Notes: a model not told the origin generated them from the sequence alone. Positions 16,820 through 31,051 are shown, counted from the stretch's first letter. The stretch: 64,000 nucleotides of DNA from an uncultured Bacteroidales bacterium (GCA_900319925.1 ONQE01000009.1:1807-65806), one strand, 5' to 3'. Made by a program: numbers and translations.

Positions 16820-17870
16820 GTTTGATGTGGTTTTGCACGACGCACCAGTCGATGAGGGGGGCGAAGATGTTCATCAGCAGGATGGCGAGCATCATGCCTT
16901 CGGGGTAGCCTTTGTTGAGGGTGCGGATGAGGATGGCGAGGATGCCGATGAGCAGTCCGTATATGTACTTGCCGTCGCGGGTGTGCGCGGCGGTGACGGG
17001 GTCGGTGGCCATGAAGACCGCACCGAACATAAAGCCGCCCATCAGCAGCTGGTCGTGGGCGGCGACAGGACAAAGACCTGTCAGCTGGCAGACCACCGCT
17101 GTCGCGTAGCCGCCGACGAACACCGAGAACATGATGCGCCAGTCGGCCACTTGGGTGAAGAGGAGAATGGCCGCGCCGATCAGGATGGCAATCTTGCAGG
17201 TCTCCCCGATGCAGCCGGGGATGGTACCGAGGAACAGCTCCCATGTGGAGGGCAGCGCTTCGGGATGGCCGTTCATAACGAGGGCAAGGGGAGTGGCGCC
17301 GGTGACTGCGTCCGCACCGGAAATCCACACTTTGTCGCCGGAAATCACCGACGGGTAAGCGAAGAAGACGAAAGCGCGGGCCAACAACGCAGGGTTCAGG
17401 AAGTTATAGCCGGTGCCGCCGAAGACCTCCTTGCCGAAGATGACGGCGAAAATGGTGGCCACCGCTACGATCCAGAGCGGCACGTCGGGCGGCATGATCA
17501 TCGGGATGAGGAAACCTGTGACGAAGAAACCCTCCGCCACCTCCTCCTTGCGTATCTGCGCGAAGAGGACCTCCACGCCAAGTCCGCTCACGTAGGTCAC
17601 GATGACCAACGGCAGCCATTTCAGGAATCCGTACCAGAGACAAGACCATAGAGCCGTCTGTCCCCCGACGGAGAGGGAATGCTGATAGCCCACATTCCAC
17701 CAGCCGAATACCAACGCGGGAACCAGCGCAATCATCACCGTGATCATGATGCGCTTCATATCGACCGCGTCGCGCACGTGGCAGCGACCGTCCGTGACTG
17801 TCGCGGGCGTACGCAGGAACGTGTCCATGGCGTCGAGCAGGGCGTTGAATCTATGCGGTTTCTCAGACAT
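16794..17870 (-). CDS. nqrB: Na+-translocating NADH:quinone oxidoreductase subunit B
   Basis: Contains FMATDPVT (the FMN-threonine region), NIFAPLIDW..V....IKRR near the C-terminus, and multiple TM segments. Confidence 0.9.
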   Translation of the reverse strand: MSEKPHRFNALLDAMDTFLRTPATVTDGRCHVRDAVDMKRIMITVMIALVPALVFGWWNVGYQHSLSVGGQTALWSCLWYGFLKWLPLVIVTYVSGLGVEVLFAQIRKEEVAEGFFVTGFLIPMIMPPDVPLWIVAVATIFAVIFGKEVFGGTGYNFLNPALLARAFVFFAYPSVISGDKVWISGADAVTGATPLALVMNGHPEALPSTWELFLGTIPGCIGETCKIAILIGAAILLFTQVADWRIMFSVFVGGYATAVVCQLTGLCPVAAHDQLLMGGFMFGAVFMATDPVTAAHTRDGKYIYGLLIGILAILIRTLNKGYPEGMMLAILLMNIFAPLIDWCVVQNHIKRRRGTCDL

Positions 17871-17886
17871 CTCTTCAAAAAGTTGG

Positions 17887-17894
17887 CAAAAGTA
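17887..17894 (-). promoter_or_regulatory. -7 box TActTTTG in the 29-nt gap between the fucosidase stop and the nqrB start
   Basis: The plus strand reads caaaagta, 17 nt upstream of the nqrB ATG. Confidence 0.5.
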
Positions 17895-17899
17895 ACAAA

Positions 17900-19714
17900 T
17901 TATCGCTTATCTGGCTCAAAAGAAGTGATCCGAATCACCCACGCATTCTCCAGCTCGTTAAGTTTTTTCGTGTCGATGTCGGAAAAGTCGATAGTAAGGG
18001 TTCCTCTCTTGTCCTGCTTCCATTTCAGCATGGTGTAGGCTTTCCCTTTTTCGCCGTGGTAGCTCATCTCATAATCCGTGCCTAACAGGATCATCCCATC
18101 TTTCGGGTTTAGCTTTGGCATATTCTTGATGACTAGCGGCTTGCGCGGATCAGGACGCTCGAACTCGATAATGTAGAGGTTGTTGTAGAGGTTCTCGCTC
18201 TTGGTGGTGAAGCAGCGTGTGGTGGTTTGCCATGTGATTTCGCTAATCCAGTTTGAGGATACGGGCTCGAAATCCCCTCCGTCAACACTCACGAGGAGCG
18301 AGGCCGTGGCCTCGAGGTCTTTCTCATGATACCAGACATCTAATTGATAATTCTCCCCTTTGGCGAGGTGCACCTCATACCAAGGCGTGTTCTCCGCCCA
18401 GTTACTGTTGTAATAGAGAATAGTGTCCCCATTGCCTGCAACGGTCATCTCGTCGTTGGCAACAGCCTTGAAACGGTATGTACCATCCTTCGGCGCCTTG
18501 AAAGATCCTTTCCAATGAATGTCGAAGTTGTCCACTGGCATTTCTCTGAGTGGGGCATTGCGCACCCAGTCGAAATGTAGAGGGCCTGAATATCCAGGTA
18601 AAGCGAAGGTCGTTGTACGTTGGCACGGAATCTCATACGGCCTTGTCCCATATATCGCCTCGCCGTTGATTTTCAGCCATTTGCCGAGTGCTCTCAGCCG
18701 TTCCTGCTGGATGAGCGGGATGGTGCCGTCGGCGTAGGGACCCACGTTGAGGGTCATGCCGCCGCCGTGCGCCACCAACTCCACAAAGTGCTGTATCAAC
18801 TCCTTGTCGGTCATGTAGTTGTCCAAATCCTCGTTGCGGTTCAACCCGAAGCTGCGTCCGAAGCCGCGGCACTCTGCCCACGGCACCTCGGTGTTGGCGA
18901 TGCCCGCGCTGTACTCGGGCGTCAGGAAGCCGTGCTTCGTGCCGTTGCCCCAACGGTTGTTCACGATGGCGTCCGCGCCCACGGTGTTGTAGTACCAGCT
19001 GATCAGTTCCTGCGAACGAAGCTGCTCCGCCGTGTTGTTCCAGTCGCCGTCGGAGAAGAGAAGGTCGGGCTTGTAACGGCCCACCAACTCCTTGAACTGC
19101 GGCACCATATAGTTATCAACATAGTCGCCGATCTCGTTGTCGGGATCCTGCATCCAGATGTGGCGCGGGTTGGTCCATTCTGGCAGCGAGTAGTAGAAGC
19201 CCATCCGCAGTCCGTGGTCGCGTACGCTGGTGGTCAACTCCTCCACGATGTTGCGCCTCGGACCGCTCATCACGCTGTTCCATTCAGGCTGGAATGGACT
19301 GTCCCACAGACAGTAGCCGTCATGATGTTTCGTGACCAACACCACGTATTTCGCGCCGGCATCCTTGAACATTTGCGCCCAATCGTCGGGATTCCAAAGC
19401 TCTGCGTGCCAGAATTTGGTGAGCTCCTTGTACTGGTCGAAGACGGGCTTGGTGGTGTCGGCGTAGTAGCTCATGATGCGCGTCCGCTCGGGCACTTTCT
19501 GCATCAGCCCGCGGTAGAACCATTCGCCGTAGCCCTCCTTGGAGGCGTAGGCAGGCACGGAGTAGAGTCCCCAGTGGATGAAGATGCCGAGTTTCGCGTC
19601 TTGGAACCACTGCGGGTAGCCGCGCTGGTTGAGGGATTCCCACGTGGGTTGAACTTGGGCCTGTGTCGTCAATCCGGCCAGTAGGATTATCAATAAGGTC
19701 GCTAATTTCTTCAT
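17900..19714 (-). CDS. GH29 alpha-L-fucosidase with a C-terminal PA14-like/carbohydrate-binding extension, secreted
   Basis: Signal peptide MKKLATLLIILLAGLTTQAQ, then the GH29 core (FGIFIHWGLYSVPAY, YVVLVTKHHDGYCLWDS, YYSLPEW) and a C-terminal PA14-like segment (GTYRFKAVANDEMTVAGNG). I chose the ATG at 19714, which overlaps the nqrA stop as ATGA. Confidence 0.85.
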   Translation of the reverse strand: MKKLATLLIILLAGLTTQAQVQPTWESLNQRGYPQWFQDAKLGIFIHWGLYSVPAYASKEGYGEWFYRGLMQKVPERTRIMSYYADTTKPVFDQYKELTKFWHAELWNPDDWAQMFKDAGAKYVVLVTKHHDGYCLWDSPFQPEWNSVMSGPRRNIVEELTTSVRDHGLRMGFYYSLPEWTNPRHIWMQDPDNEIGDYVDNYMVPQFKELVGRYKPDLLFSDGDWNNTAEQLRSQELISWYYNTVGADAIVNNRWGNGTKHGFLTPEYSAGIANTEVPWAECRGFGRSFGLNRNEDLDNYMTDKELIQHFVELVAHGGGMTLNVGPYADGTIPLIQQERLRALGKWLKINGEAIYGTRPYEIPCQRTTTFALPGYSGPLHFDWVRNAPLREMPVDNFDIHWKGSFKAPKDGTYRFKAVANDEMTVAGNGDTILYYNSNWAENTPWYEVHLAKGENYQLDVWYHEKDLEATASLLVSVDGGDFEPVSSNWISEITWQTTTRCFTTKSENLYNNLYIIEFERPDPRKPLVIKNMPKLNPKDGMILLGTDYEMSYHGEKGKAYTMLKWKQDKRGTLTIDFSDIDTKKLNELENAWVIRITSFEPDKR

Positions 19715-21066
19715 TCTTGATTCTGCATTTTTAATTCCAAGAGGGCGTCCTCGACGATTTGTTGCCACTCCTTTTTCGAGGGGCAGACGAGTTCGCAGAG
19801 GGCGAAGTCCTCGCTATCGACTTCGTAGATGCCGAGGGCTTCCATCTGTTCGATGTCCTTGATCTCGCAGGCCTTGAGCAGCTGCAGAGGCATCAGGTCG
19901 AAGGGGAAGACCTTGTCATAGACGTCGGTCATCATGACGGCGCGGCGGCCGCCGTGGAGCGAGGTGTTGACATCGTAGGTGCGTTTCGGGGTGAGCCACG
20001 ACAGGAATGTGTGCGAGAGGCTCCATTTCTTCAGCCCCGGCAGTAACCATCCGAGGATCTCGCGTTGGCCGCCCTCCGCAATGACCGTGATCTGCCGGTC
20101 GTGGAAAGCGAGGGTGGGGGAGTCCCCCAACTTGCTGCCGCTCAGTATGCTGCCGCTGATGGCGCGGACGTTCTCCTGCGTGAGGCTGTCGGCGAACAGC
20201 GCGGACAGATCCGCACCGTAAATCGTGTCGAAGTAGCCGGTGTTCTTGACGGCGGGCCCCGTCAGCGCAGCGGTTTTCCCGAACTGCAGCATCTGTTCCG
20301 CAAAGAAACGACCGATGCGGGCCACCTCTTGCGGGTCGAGGAACCAGACCGTTTCGCCTTTGTCGATGGGGTCTATTCGGTGGATTTGAGTGCCGACGTT
20401 TCCGGCGGGGTGCGGACCGCTGAAGTAGTGCTTCTGCACATTCTCGACAGCTTCAAAGAGTTGGTTGTCAGCCCTTTCTCGCATACAGATATGTACAGTC
20501 GCGTCACCGGCGGCCAGTTGCAGCATCTTGATTCCCTGCCGGAAATCCTCCTCCTTGCCACGCATCAGCACATTGAAGTCCGGGGCGAGTGGGTTGCTGT
20601 CGAAGCAGGAGACGAATACGGCTTTGGGTTTCGCATCGGGACTGGGGATGGTGGCGTAGGGGCGTTGTCGCAGAGAAGGCCACAGACCATTCTGTAGCAA
20701 CAACTTGCGGACAGCCTCTCCGTCGGTCGGTGGCTCGAAATGGATGGTTCTTTCCGTGGGCGCGTCCACGTCGCGGGCAATCGTGATCTCCTCGATGATC
20801 CGCTTCTCGCCGCGCACAATCTCCCGCACCGTGCCTGCAATGGGAGAGACAATGACGACACGTTCATCCGCTTTGTCGTGGAACAACGGGCTGCCGATTT
20901 CCACGTGGTCGCCAGCCTGCACGAGCAATTTGGGTTTCATCCACCGGAAGTCGGATGGCCGGATGTGGAAGGTTTTGGGCAAAACGAAGTCTAACGGCGT
21001 GTCGGGCGCGGCGCCGTCCAACTTCAGATCCAGTCCTTTGTTGATTTTGTAGGTCATCGTGTTCAT
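19711..21066 (-). CDS. nqrA: Na+-translocating NADH:quinone oxidoreductase subunit A
   Basis: Has the typical N-terminus IKKGLDL-type (YKINKGLDLKLDGAA) and the length and architecture of NqrA. Confidence 0.9.
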   Translation of the reverse strand: MNTMTYKINKGLDLKLDGAAPDTPLDFVLPKTFHIRPSDFRWMKPKLLVQAGDHVEIGSPLFHDKADERVVIVSPIAGTVREIVRGEKRIIEEITIARDVDAPTERTIHFEPPTDGEAVRKLLLQNGLWPSLRQRPYATIPSPDAKPKAVFVSCFDSNPLAPDFNVLMRGKEEDFRQGIKMLQLAAGDATVHICMRERADNQLFEAVENVQKHYFSGPHPAGNVGTQIHRIDPIDKGETVWFLDPQEVARIGRFFAEQMLQFGKTAALTGPAVKNTGYFDTIYGADLSALFADSLTQENVRAISGSILSGSKLGDSPTLAFHDRQITVIAEGGQREILGWLLPGLKKWSLSHTFLSWLTPKRTYDVNTSLHGGRRAVMMTDVYDKVFPFDLMPLQLLKACEIKDIEQMEALGIYEVDSEDFALCELVCPSKKEWQQIVEDALLELKMQNQE

Positions 21067-21100
21067 CGTTTGGGTCTCACAATGTTATAATCCAATCGCA

Positions 21101-22588
21101 TTACAGTTTGGGATTTCCGTCAATCGAGAATCCCATTTTCTTGACGGTGATGAATTCGCGGGTGGAGAGGCGGACGTTCATCTTGGCGGGCTTCCCGTTG
21201 GGGCGCACCACTTTCAGCCCCTCGACCACCACGTTGTCAAGATAGTCCACCGGCTTTTTGAGCTCGCGGGTTGCGCCGGAGGGGTAATAGAGGTTGAGGG
21301 TGCCGACCGTGGCGGGTGCCACCACTGTCATGTTGGTGACCCGCAGGTTGGGCCAGCATTTGGCCGCTAACTCCGGACGGGAATTGGTGGCCGTGTCGAG
21401 CAGCATGACGTTGACCAGCGAGTGGTAGCGAGGCGTGACTTCGAAGATGCAGTCGCGCATCACGATGTCGAAGGGGGTGTAGGCGTTGTAGCTGGAGCGG
21501 ATGCGCACCGGGATGCAGTCGATAAAGCGGCACGAGTCGAAGGTGACGGTGCCGTACATCGAGGAGAACTGGGTTTGTCGCTGGCGTAGGGTGCAACGTT
21601 GCAGCAGGACGTCGCGGCCGTAGCAGTGGATGTCGAAACGGTTGAGGTCGCAGTCGCGCAAGGTGGTGTTCGACAGGTAGTTGGTGCCGAATACCCCCCA
21701 GTTGCCATCGGCGGTCACCCGTTCGAAAGTGGTGTTCCAGAGGTTGTTGAGGGAGAAGGCATAGCCGTAGTCGCGTGAGATGCCGTACCCCGAGTAGGTG
21801 CCGTCAACGGTCACATCGCGGAAGGTGACACCCACCGAGCTGGTCACCCCGAAGACCCCGTCGGCGGTCATCCGGCTCTTGGGTGTGGTCACGTGCACGT
21901 CCTCAATCAGCACATTGCACTGTCCGCTCACATTCAGGCAGTAGGTCTTGAACTGCGACTGCTCGGTACGGAACAGGTTGAGACCTCGGAAGACCTTCGG
22001 TTTTGTATCGACGTTCACGACGGCAGCCTGCAACTGGGTGGAGTCGGTGTTCCACGGTGCGATAGGCGCGTTGGCGGCGATGCCGTCGTGCAACAGCAGG
22101 ATGTCGTGGCGATGGATGCAGTAGCCGTAGCCGATGCGCTCGGTCCACGGTTTCAAATCGTTGAGGATGAGTAGCTTGTCGCCAGTAGATAATGGCGGTA
22201 CGCTGCGGAAGTCCCCGTTATCGACCAGTGCCTTGTCCAACGCCACCGGCTTCGATGGGCTGTTCAGGGAGAACAGGGTGCCGTGTCTCGCATTGTTGGT
22301 GACGTAGAGGACGAGACCGCCGAAGTCGGTATGCGGACCGAGCGGGATGGTCTGGAAGTCGGGCGGCAGTTCGATGTCCAAGGTGTCGATGCCGGCGTAG
22401 CTCACCTCCACCCCCATGGAATTGGCCTGCACATGGGTGTTGTAGAGGATGCGGTAGCGGTCGATGCCGTCCGTCGCATCGCGAAGCCCTAAGTCAAGCG
22501 GGGAAATCTGCGCCATGGCGGTGGTGAAAAAGAGTTCGAACGCGGCAAAAAAGACTGCGGCGAGTAAGGTTCGTATCCGATGATTCAT
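21101..22588 (-). CDS. Secreted protein, probable right-handed parallel beta-helix fold; function unknown
   Basis: Signal peptide present. Repeated short beta-strand periodicity is rich in N/T/G/V (VTFRDVTVDGTY, TFERVTADGNWG, TTLRDCDLNRFDIH). I recognised no catalytic motif. Confidence 0.5.
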   Translation of the reverse strand: MNHRIRTLLAAVFFAAFELFFTTAMAQISPLDLGLRDATDGIDRYRILYNTHVQANSMGVEVSYAGIDTLDIELPPDFQTIPLGPHTDFGGLVLYVTNNARHGTLFSLNSPSKPVALDKALVDNGDFRSVPPLSTGDKLLILNDLKPWTERIGYGYCIHRHDILLLHDGIAANAPIAPWNTDSTQLQAAVVNVDTKPKVFRGLNLFRTEQSQFKTYCLNVSGQCNVLIEDVHVTTPKSRMTADGVFGVTSSVGVTFRDVTVDGTYSGYGISRDYGYAFSLNNLWNTTFERVTADGNWGVFGTNYLSNTTLRDCDLNRFDIHCYGRDVLLQRCTLRQRQTQFSSMYGTVTFDSCRFIDCIPVRIRSSYNAYTPFDIVMRDCIFEVTPRYHSLVNVMLLDTATNSRPELAAKCWPNLRVTNMTVVAPATVGTLNLYYPSGATRELKKPVDYLDNVVVEGLKVVRPNGKPAKMNVRLSTREFITVKKMGFSIDGNPKL

Positions 22589-22630
22589 AAACGGCGATAA
22601 TCATAGTGGTTGATATAGCATATCGGACGG

Positions 22631-22638
22631 CAAAGGTA
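22631..22638 (-). promoter_or_regulatory. -7 box TAccTTTG upstream of the beta-helix gene (possibly also serving nqrA and the fucosidase gene)
   Basis: The plus strand reads caaaggta, 43 nt upstream of the ATG at 22588. I saw no TAnnTTTG match in the 34-nt gap before nqrA. Confidence 0.5.
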
Positions 22639-22675
22639 CACAAATTTCGGATATATGTTGTCATTATAAAATTGT

Positions 22676-22683
22676 TATTTTTG
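22676..22683 (+). promoter_or_regulatory. -7 box TAttTTTG for GH97 copy 1
   Basis: Lies 34 nt upstream of the ATG at 22717. Confidence 0.6.
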
Positions 22684-22698
22684 CACCTTCTATATTGA

Positions 22699-25092
<2,394 letters not shown>

Positions 25093-25106
25093 AAACAGAA
25101 GAATAG

Positions 25107-27524
<2,418 letters not shown>

Positions 27525-27542
27525 CGGAAACGGATTCCTCCA

Positions 27543-27584
27543 AAAACAAGAAGAGACGCACGGCCGTGCGTCTCTTCTTGTTTT
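27543..27584. terminator. Bidirectional rho-independent terminator between convergent GH97 copy 2 and S46 paralog 2
   Basis: Perfect 21+21 nt inverted repeat aaaacaagaagagacgcacgg/ccgtgcgtctcttcttgtttt, with A/T runs on both sides. Confidence 0.8.
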
Positions 27585-27608
27585 GATAATTTATCCGATG
27601 GAAGGGGA

Positions 27609-29768
27609 TTATTTCCGCACATCCATCTCTTTGAGCAGATAGCCGGCGCCGCCGAACTTGTCGATGATGAAGAGGACGTAGCGCACATCCACGTTGATGC
27701 AGCGCTGCAGCTCGGTGTTGAACACGATGTCGCTGCTCAGTGCCTCCCAGTTGCCGTCGAAGGCCAGGCCGATGAGTTCGCCGTTGGCATTCATGATCGG
27801 GCTGCCGGAGTTGCCGCCGGTGATGTCATTGTTGGAGAGGAAGCAGACATGCATGGTGCCGTCCTTGTCCAGATATTGGCCGAAGTCCTTGTCGAGAATG
27901 AGCTTTTTCAGCTTCGCGGGGACGTCGAACTCGAAATCGCCGGGCACCTCTTTCTCGAGGATACCTTTCGTGGTGGTGTAGTAGTTGTAGTGCACGCCGT
28001 CGGCCGGGTAGTAGTCACACACGGTGCCGAAGGTGGTGCGCATGGTGCTGTTGGCGTCGGGATACATCGGTGTGGAGGCGTTCATCTCCTTCAGGGCGGC
28101 GATGTAGGTGCGGCGCGGAACCTCCAGTTGCTCGTCAGCGCGGAAGACGCTGGAGTTCATCATCAGGTAGTTGTAAACCGCCTGGAAATATTGGTAAGCG
28201 GGGTCGTTTTCCAAAACCTTGTTGGACGGGGCCTTCACGAATTTCTCGAAGTTCTCCTTGCTGATGAAGATAGACTTGAGCATGGCTTTCTCGAAGGCGT
28301 CGTAGTTGTTCTTGTAGGTCTTGGCGAAGAAGGTCAGGTCGGGACGATTGTGCTCGTCATGTTTGGCCCACGTCTTCAGAGAGGCCACCACGATTTTCGC
28401 CTCGGTGGCGGGGTCGGTGTCGTTGTTGTAGTTGTCGAAGCTCTTCAGCAGTTTCTCCACCTTGCTGTCGTCGAATTTCTTCTCGCCCTTGTTGAGTTTC
28501 AGCTGGCTTTGCAGGCGCAGGGTGGCGAGCATGGTCGGGGAGGCGGAGAACATCAGGTTGCCGTTCATCACGGATTTGACTTTCGCGCCGTCGATGCCCT
28601 TGCAGATTTTCTCGATTTCGGCCAGGCAGTTGCCGTATTTCTCCTTACGGTTCTTGTCGGCGTTGATCCACTTGGTCAGTTCAGCCTCTTGTTTCGCTTT
28701 GGATTCCACCACTTTGAGGGCTTTCAGGCTCTCCACCTCGCCGTGCTGGTTTTTCCAGTAGTTGGCCAGGCCGGCGTGTTTGTCGGCGTATTGCAGGTTC
28801 ACCTTGTTAGAGGCTTCCATCGCGTCGTGCATCACGGGGAGGATGACATCGAGGGGTTCATAGATGGCCGGGGCGTTGATGTCGATCTCGTTCTGCACCT
28901 CGTAGGAGGTCATGAAGCGGTTGGTGGTGCCGGGGTAACCCCAGATCATGGTGTAGTCGCCGGGTTGGTAGCCTTTCAGGCTGACGGGCAGGTAGTGTTT
29001 CGGGTGCATCGGGACATTGTCCTTGGAGTACTTGGCGGGGGAGCCGTCGGGGGCGGTGTAGATGCGGAAGACGGTGAAGTCGCCGGTGTGACGGGGCCAC
29101 ATCCAGTTGTCGGTGTCGCCGCCGAACTTGCCGATGGCGCTCGGGGGAGCGACCACGAGGCGCACGTCCTCATACATCGTGTAGATGAACATGTAGTACT
29201 CGTTGCCTTCGTAGAAGGGTTTCACGATGACTTTGTAGCGGCCGTCCTGCGAATTGTCCTTGCGCAGTTTCTTGATGGCCTCTTCCACGTATTTCTCACG
29301 CTCGCTCTCGGTGGTCTTGTCGTTGACCTTGGCCAGCACGATGTCGGTCACATCCTCCATACGTTCGAGGAAATGGACGTGGAAGTTGACGGGAAGCTCT
29401 TCCTCCTTGCTCATGGCGAAGAAGCCGTTGTTGAGGTAGTCGTGCTCCACGCTGGAAAGTTCCACCACGGAGGAGTAGCCGCAGTGGTGGTTGGTGAACA
29501 TCAGGCCGTCTTTGGAGACCATCTCACCGGTGCAGAAGCCGTCGCCGAGTTGCACGATGGCGTCCTTCAGGGAGGAGTTGTTGATGTCGTACAGCTGTTC
29601 GGCCGTCAGTTTCAGACCCATCTTTTGCATCTGGGCATAGTTGTAGTTCTTGATGAACATGGGCAGCCACATGCCTTCATCGGGCGGATTCACCGCGAAC
29701 ACGGGGGCGGTGATGGCCAGAACTGCCAGTAACAGCAGTTGCTTTTTCAAAGTGGTTAATAATTTCAT
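27609..29768 (-). CDS. S46 family dipeptidyl-peptidase (DPP7/DPP11 family), paralog 2
   Basis: Signal peptide followed by DEGMWLP, TNHHCG and GGNSGSPI. Collinear with paralog 1. Confidence 0.9.
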   Translation of the reverse strand: MKLLTTLKKQLLLLAVLAITAPVFAVNPPDEGMWLPMFIKNYNYAQMQKMGLKLTAEQLYDINNSSLKDAIVQLGDGFCTGEMVSKDGLMFTNHHCGYSSVVELSSVEHDYLNNGFFAMSKEEELPVNFHVHFLERMEDVTDIVLAKVNDKTTESEREKYVEEAIKKLRKDNSQDGRYKVIVKPFYEGNEYYMFIYTMYEDVRLVVAPPSAIGKFGGDTDNWMWPRHTGDFTVFRIYTAPDGSPAKYSKDNVPMHPKHYLPVSLKGYQPGDYTMIWGYPGTTNRFMTSYEVQNEIDINAPAIYEPLDVILPVMHDAMEASNKVNLQYADKHAGLANYWKNQHGEVESLKALKVVESKAKQEAELTKWINADKNRKEKYGNCLAEIEKICKGIDGAKVKSVMNGNLMFSASPTMLATLRLQSQLKLNKGEKKFDDSKVEKLLKSFDNYNNDTDPATEAKIVVASLKTWAKHDEHNRPDLTFFAKTYKNNYDAFEKAMLKSIFISKENFEKFVKAPSNKVLENDPAYQYFQAVYNYLMMNSSVFRADEQLEVPRRTYIAALKEMNASTPMYPDANSTMRTTFGTVCDYYPADGVHYNYYTTTKGILEKEVPGDFEFDVPAKLKKLILDKDFGQYLDKDGTMHVCFLSNNDITGGNSGSPIMNANGELIGLAFDGNWEALSSDIVFNTELQRCINVDVRYVLFIIDKFGGAGYLLKEMDVRK

Positions 29769-29782
29769 AGTACTTTCTGTTT

Positions 29783-29817
29783 GTTTATTGTTTACTGTTT
29801 ACTGTTTACTGTTTCTG
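29783..29817. repeat. Heptamer array GTTTATT/GTTTACT x5 (minus strand reads CAGTAAA)
   Basis: Lies between the S46 paralog 2 start and the lspA end. The lspA stop (TAA, 29806-29808) is inside the array. Confidence 0.85.
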
Positions 29818-30471
29818 CTCTAGAGACGCATCTTCGGGCTCGGTTGCTACATTTTCTTCGGTTTTTTTCTCCAAATCGTTGAAAATGCGGTTGTTGAAAA
29901 TGATGGCTAGCAGGATGCCGACGGTGATGCAGGAGTCGGCGAAATTGAAGACGGCGGGGAAGAACCAGGAGCCGCCCCAGATCGGGAAGCCTTCCGGAAA
30001 GGGGAAGATGCGGAGGTAGAACATATCCACCACCTTGCCGAAGAAGAAGGGGGCGTAGCCGTGCCCCGGCGACCATTGCGCCACCTGCAGGAAGTCACTT
30101 TCCGTGAAGAGGATGCCGTAGAACATGCTGTCGAGGATGTTGCCGAAAGCGCCGGCGATGACAAGGCAGAGGATGCTCAGCACCAGCCAGTCCATCTTTT
30201 CGCGGCGTATGCGGTTGGCGATGTACCAGCAAAGCGCGCCTGCCAGCAGGATGCGCACGAGCGACAGGAGGAACTTGCCGACCTGCTTCCCGAAGCTGAT
30301 GCCGAAAGCCATACCCTCGTTCTCCACAAAGTGCAGGTTGAACCACTCTCCAAGCAACGGAATCGTCTGACCGAGGGCAAGATGCGTCTTGACCCAGAAC
30401 TTGATGACCTGGTCAATCACAATCAGTATCACCACAATGGCGACGGCAGCCCATGCATACTTCTTTTTCAA
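29806..30471 (-). CDS. lspA: Lipoprotein signal peptidase (signal peptidase II)
   Basis: Contains VENEGMAFGI and NFADSCITVGI (the two catalytic Asp regions) and four TM segments. Confidence 0.9.
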   Translation of the reverse strand: MKKKYAWAAVAIVVILIVIDQVIKFWVKTHLALGQTIPLLGEWFNLHFVENEGMAFGISFGKQVGKFLLSLVRILLAGALCWYIANRIRREKMDWLVLSILCLVIAGAFGNILDSMFYGILFTESDFLQVAQWSPGHGYAPFFFGKVVDMFYLRIFPFPEGFPIWGGSWFFPAVFNFADSCITVGILLAIIFNNRIFNDLEKKTEENVATEPEDASLEQKQ

Positions 30472-30515
30472 ATCACCAAATTTTCGTTAGTTTACAATTA
30501 TTAATAATGGGGCGG

Positions 30516-30523
30516 CAAAGGTA
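30516..30523 (-). promoter_or_regulatory. -7 box TAccTTTG upstream of lspA
   Basis: The plus strand reads caaaggta, 45 nt upstream of the ATG at 30471. Confidence 0.5.
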
Positions 30524-30605
30524 CATAAATTACGAATACGCTCCGACAGGGGAATTGAAAAAACACAATATTATTGCAAATCTCCCGTTGTTTCAAAATA
30601 TTTTA

Positions 30606-30613
30606 TATTTTTG
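30606..30613 (+). promoter_or_regulatory. -7 box TAttTTTG upstream of the small lipoprotein gene
   Basis: Lies 27 nt upstream of the ATG at 30640. Confidence 0.55.
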
Positions 30614-30639
30614 CGACTTGTTTTAAGAATTAGAGCTTT

Positions 30640-31047
30640 ATGAAAAAAATGAGAGTTTTCCTGCCGATAATCGTGGCGTTAGTGGGCGTGTTTTTCTTCA
30701 CCCAATGCAAGAAGGACCATTCCTGTAAAATGCGTCTCACCTGCTACTATTCGTCCAACGGCATGGACGCTGACTCCGTGGTGCCCTTCGCACTCATTTC
30801 CTTCGACACGGTGAAGTACAACTCCGGACTGGCCGTCGACACCAACATTGCGCGCGTCCAGGATTTCCCGACCAACGGACTCGGCGTTTTCGAGTACACG
30901 CTCGACTATCCTGCCCTGTTGATTGTCAACGCCGTGAAGATCGACTCGGTTGGCGGTTTGGCCAAGAAGTACACCGGCACTGCGCAAGTGCAGGTCAACG
31001 AAGGTGAGACCACCGAGAAGACCATCCTGATGGTCGAGACGAACTAA
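30640..31047 (+). CDS. Small putative lipoprotein, unknown function
   Basis: Signal peptide with a lipobox-like FFTQC. 135 aa; no recognisable domain. Confidence 0.5.
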   Translation: MKKMRVFLPIIVALVGVFFFTQCKKDHSCKMRLTCYYSSNGMDADSVVPFALISFDTVKYNSGLAVDTNIARVQDFPTNGLGVFEYTLDYPALLIVNAVKIDSVGGLAKKYTGTAQVQVNEGETTEKTILMVETN

Positions 31048-31051
31048 AATC

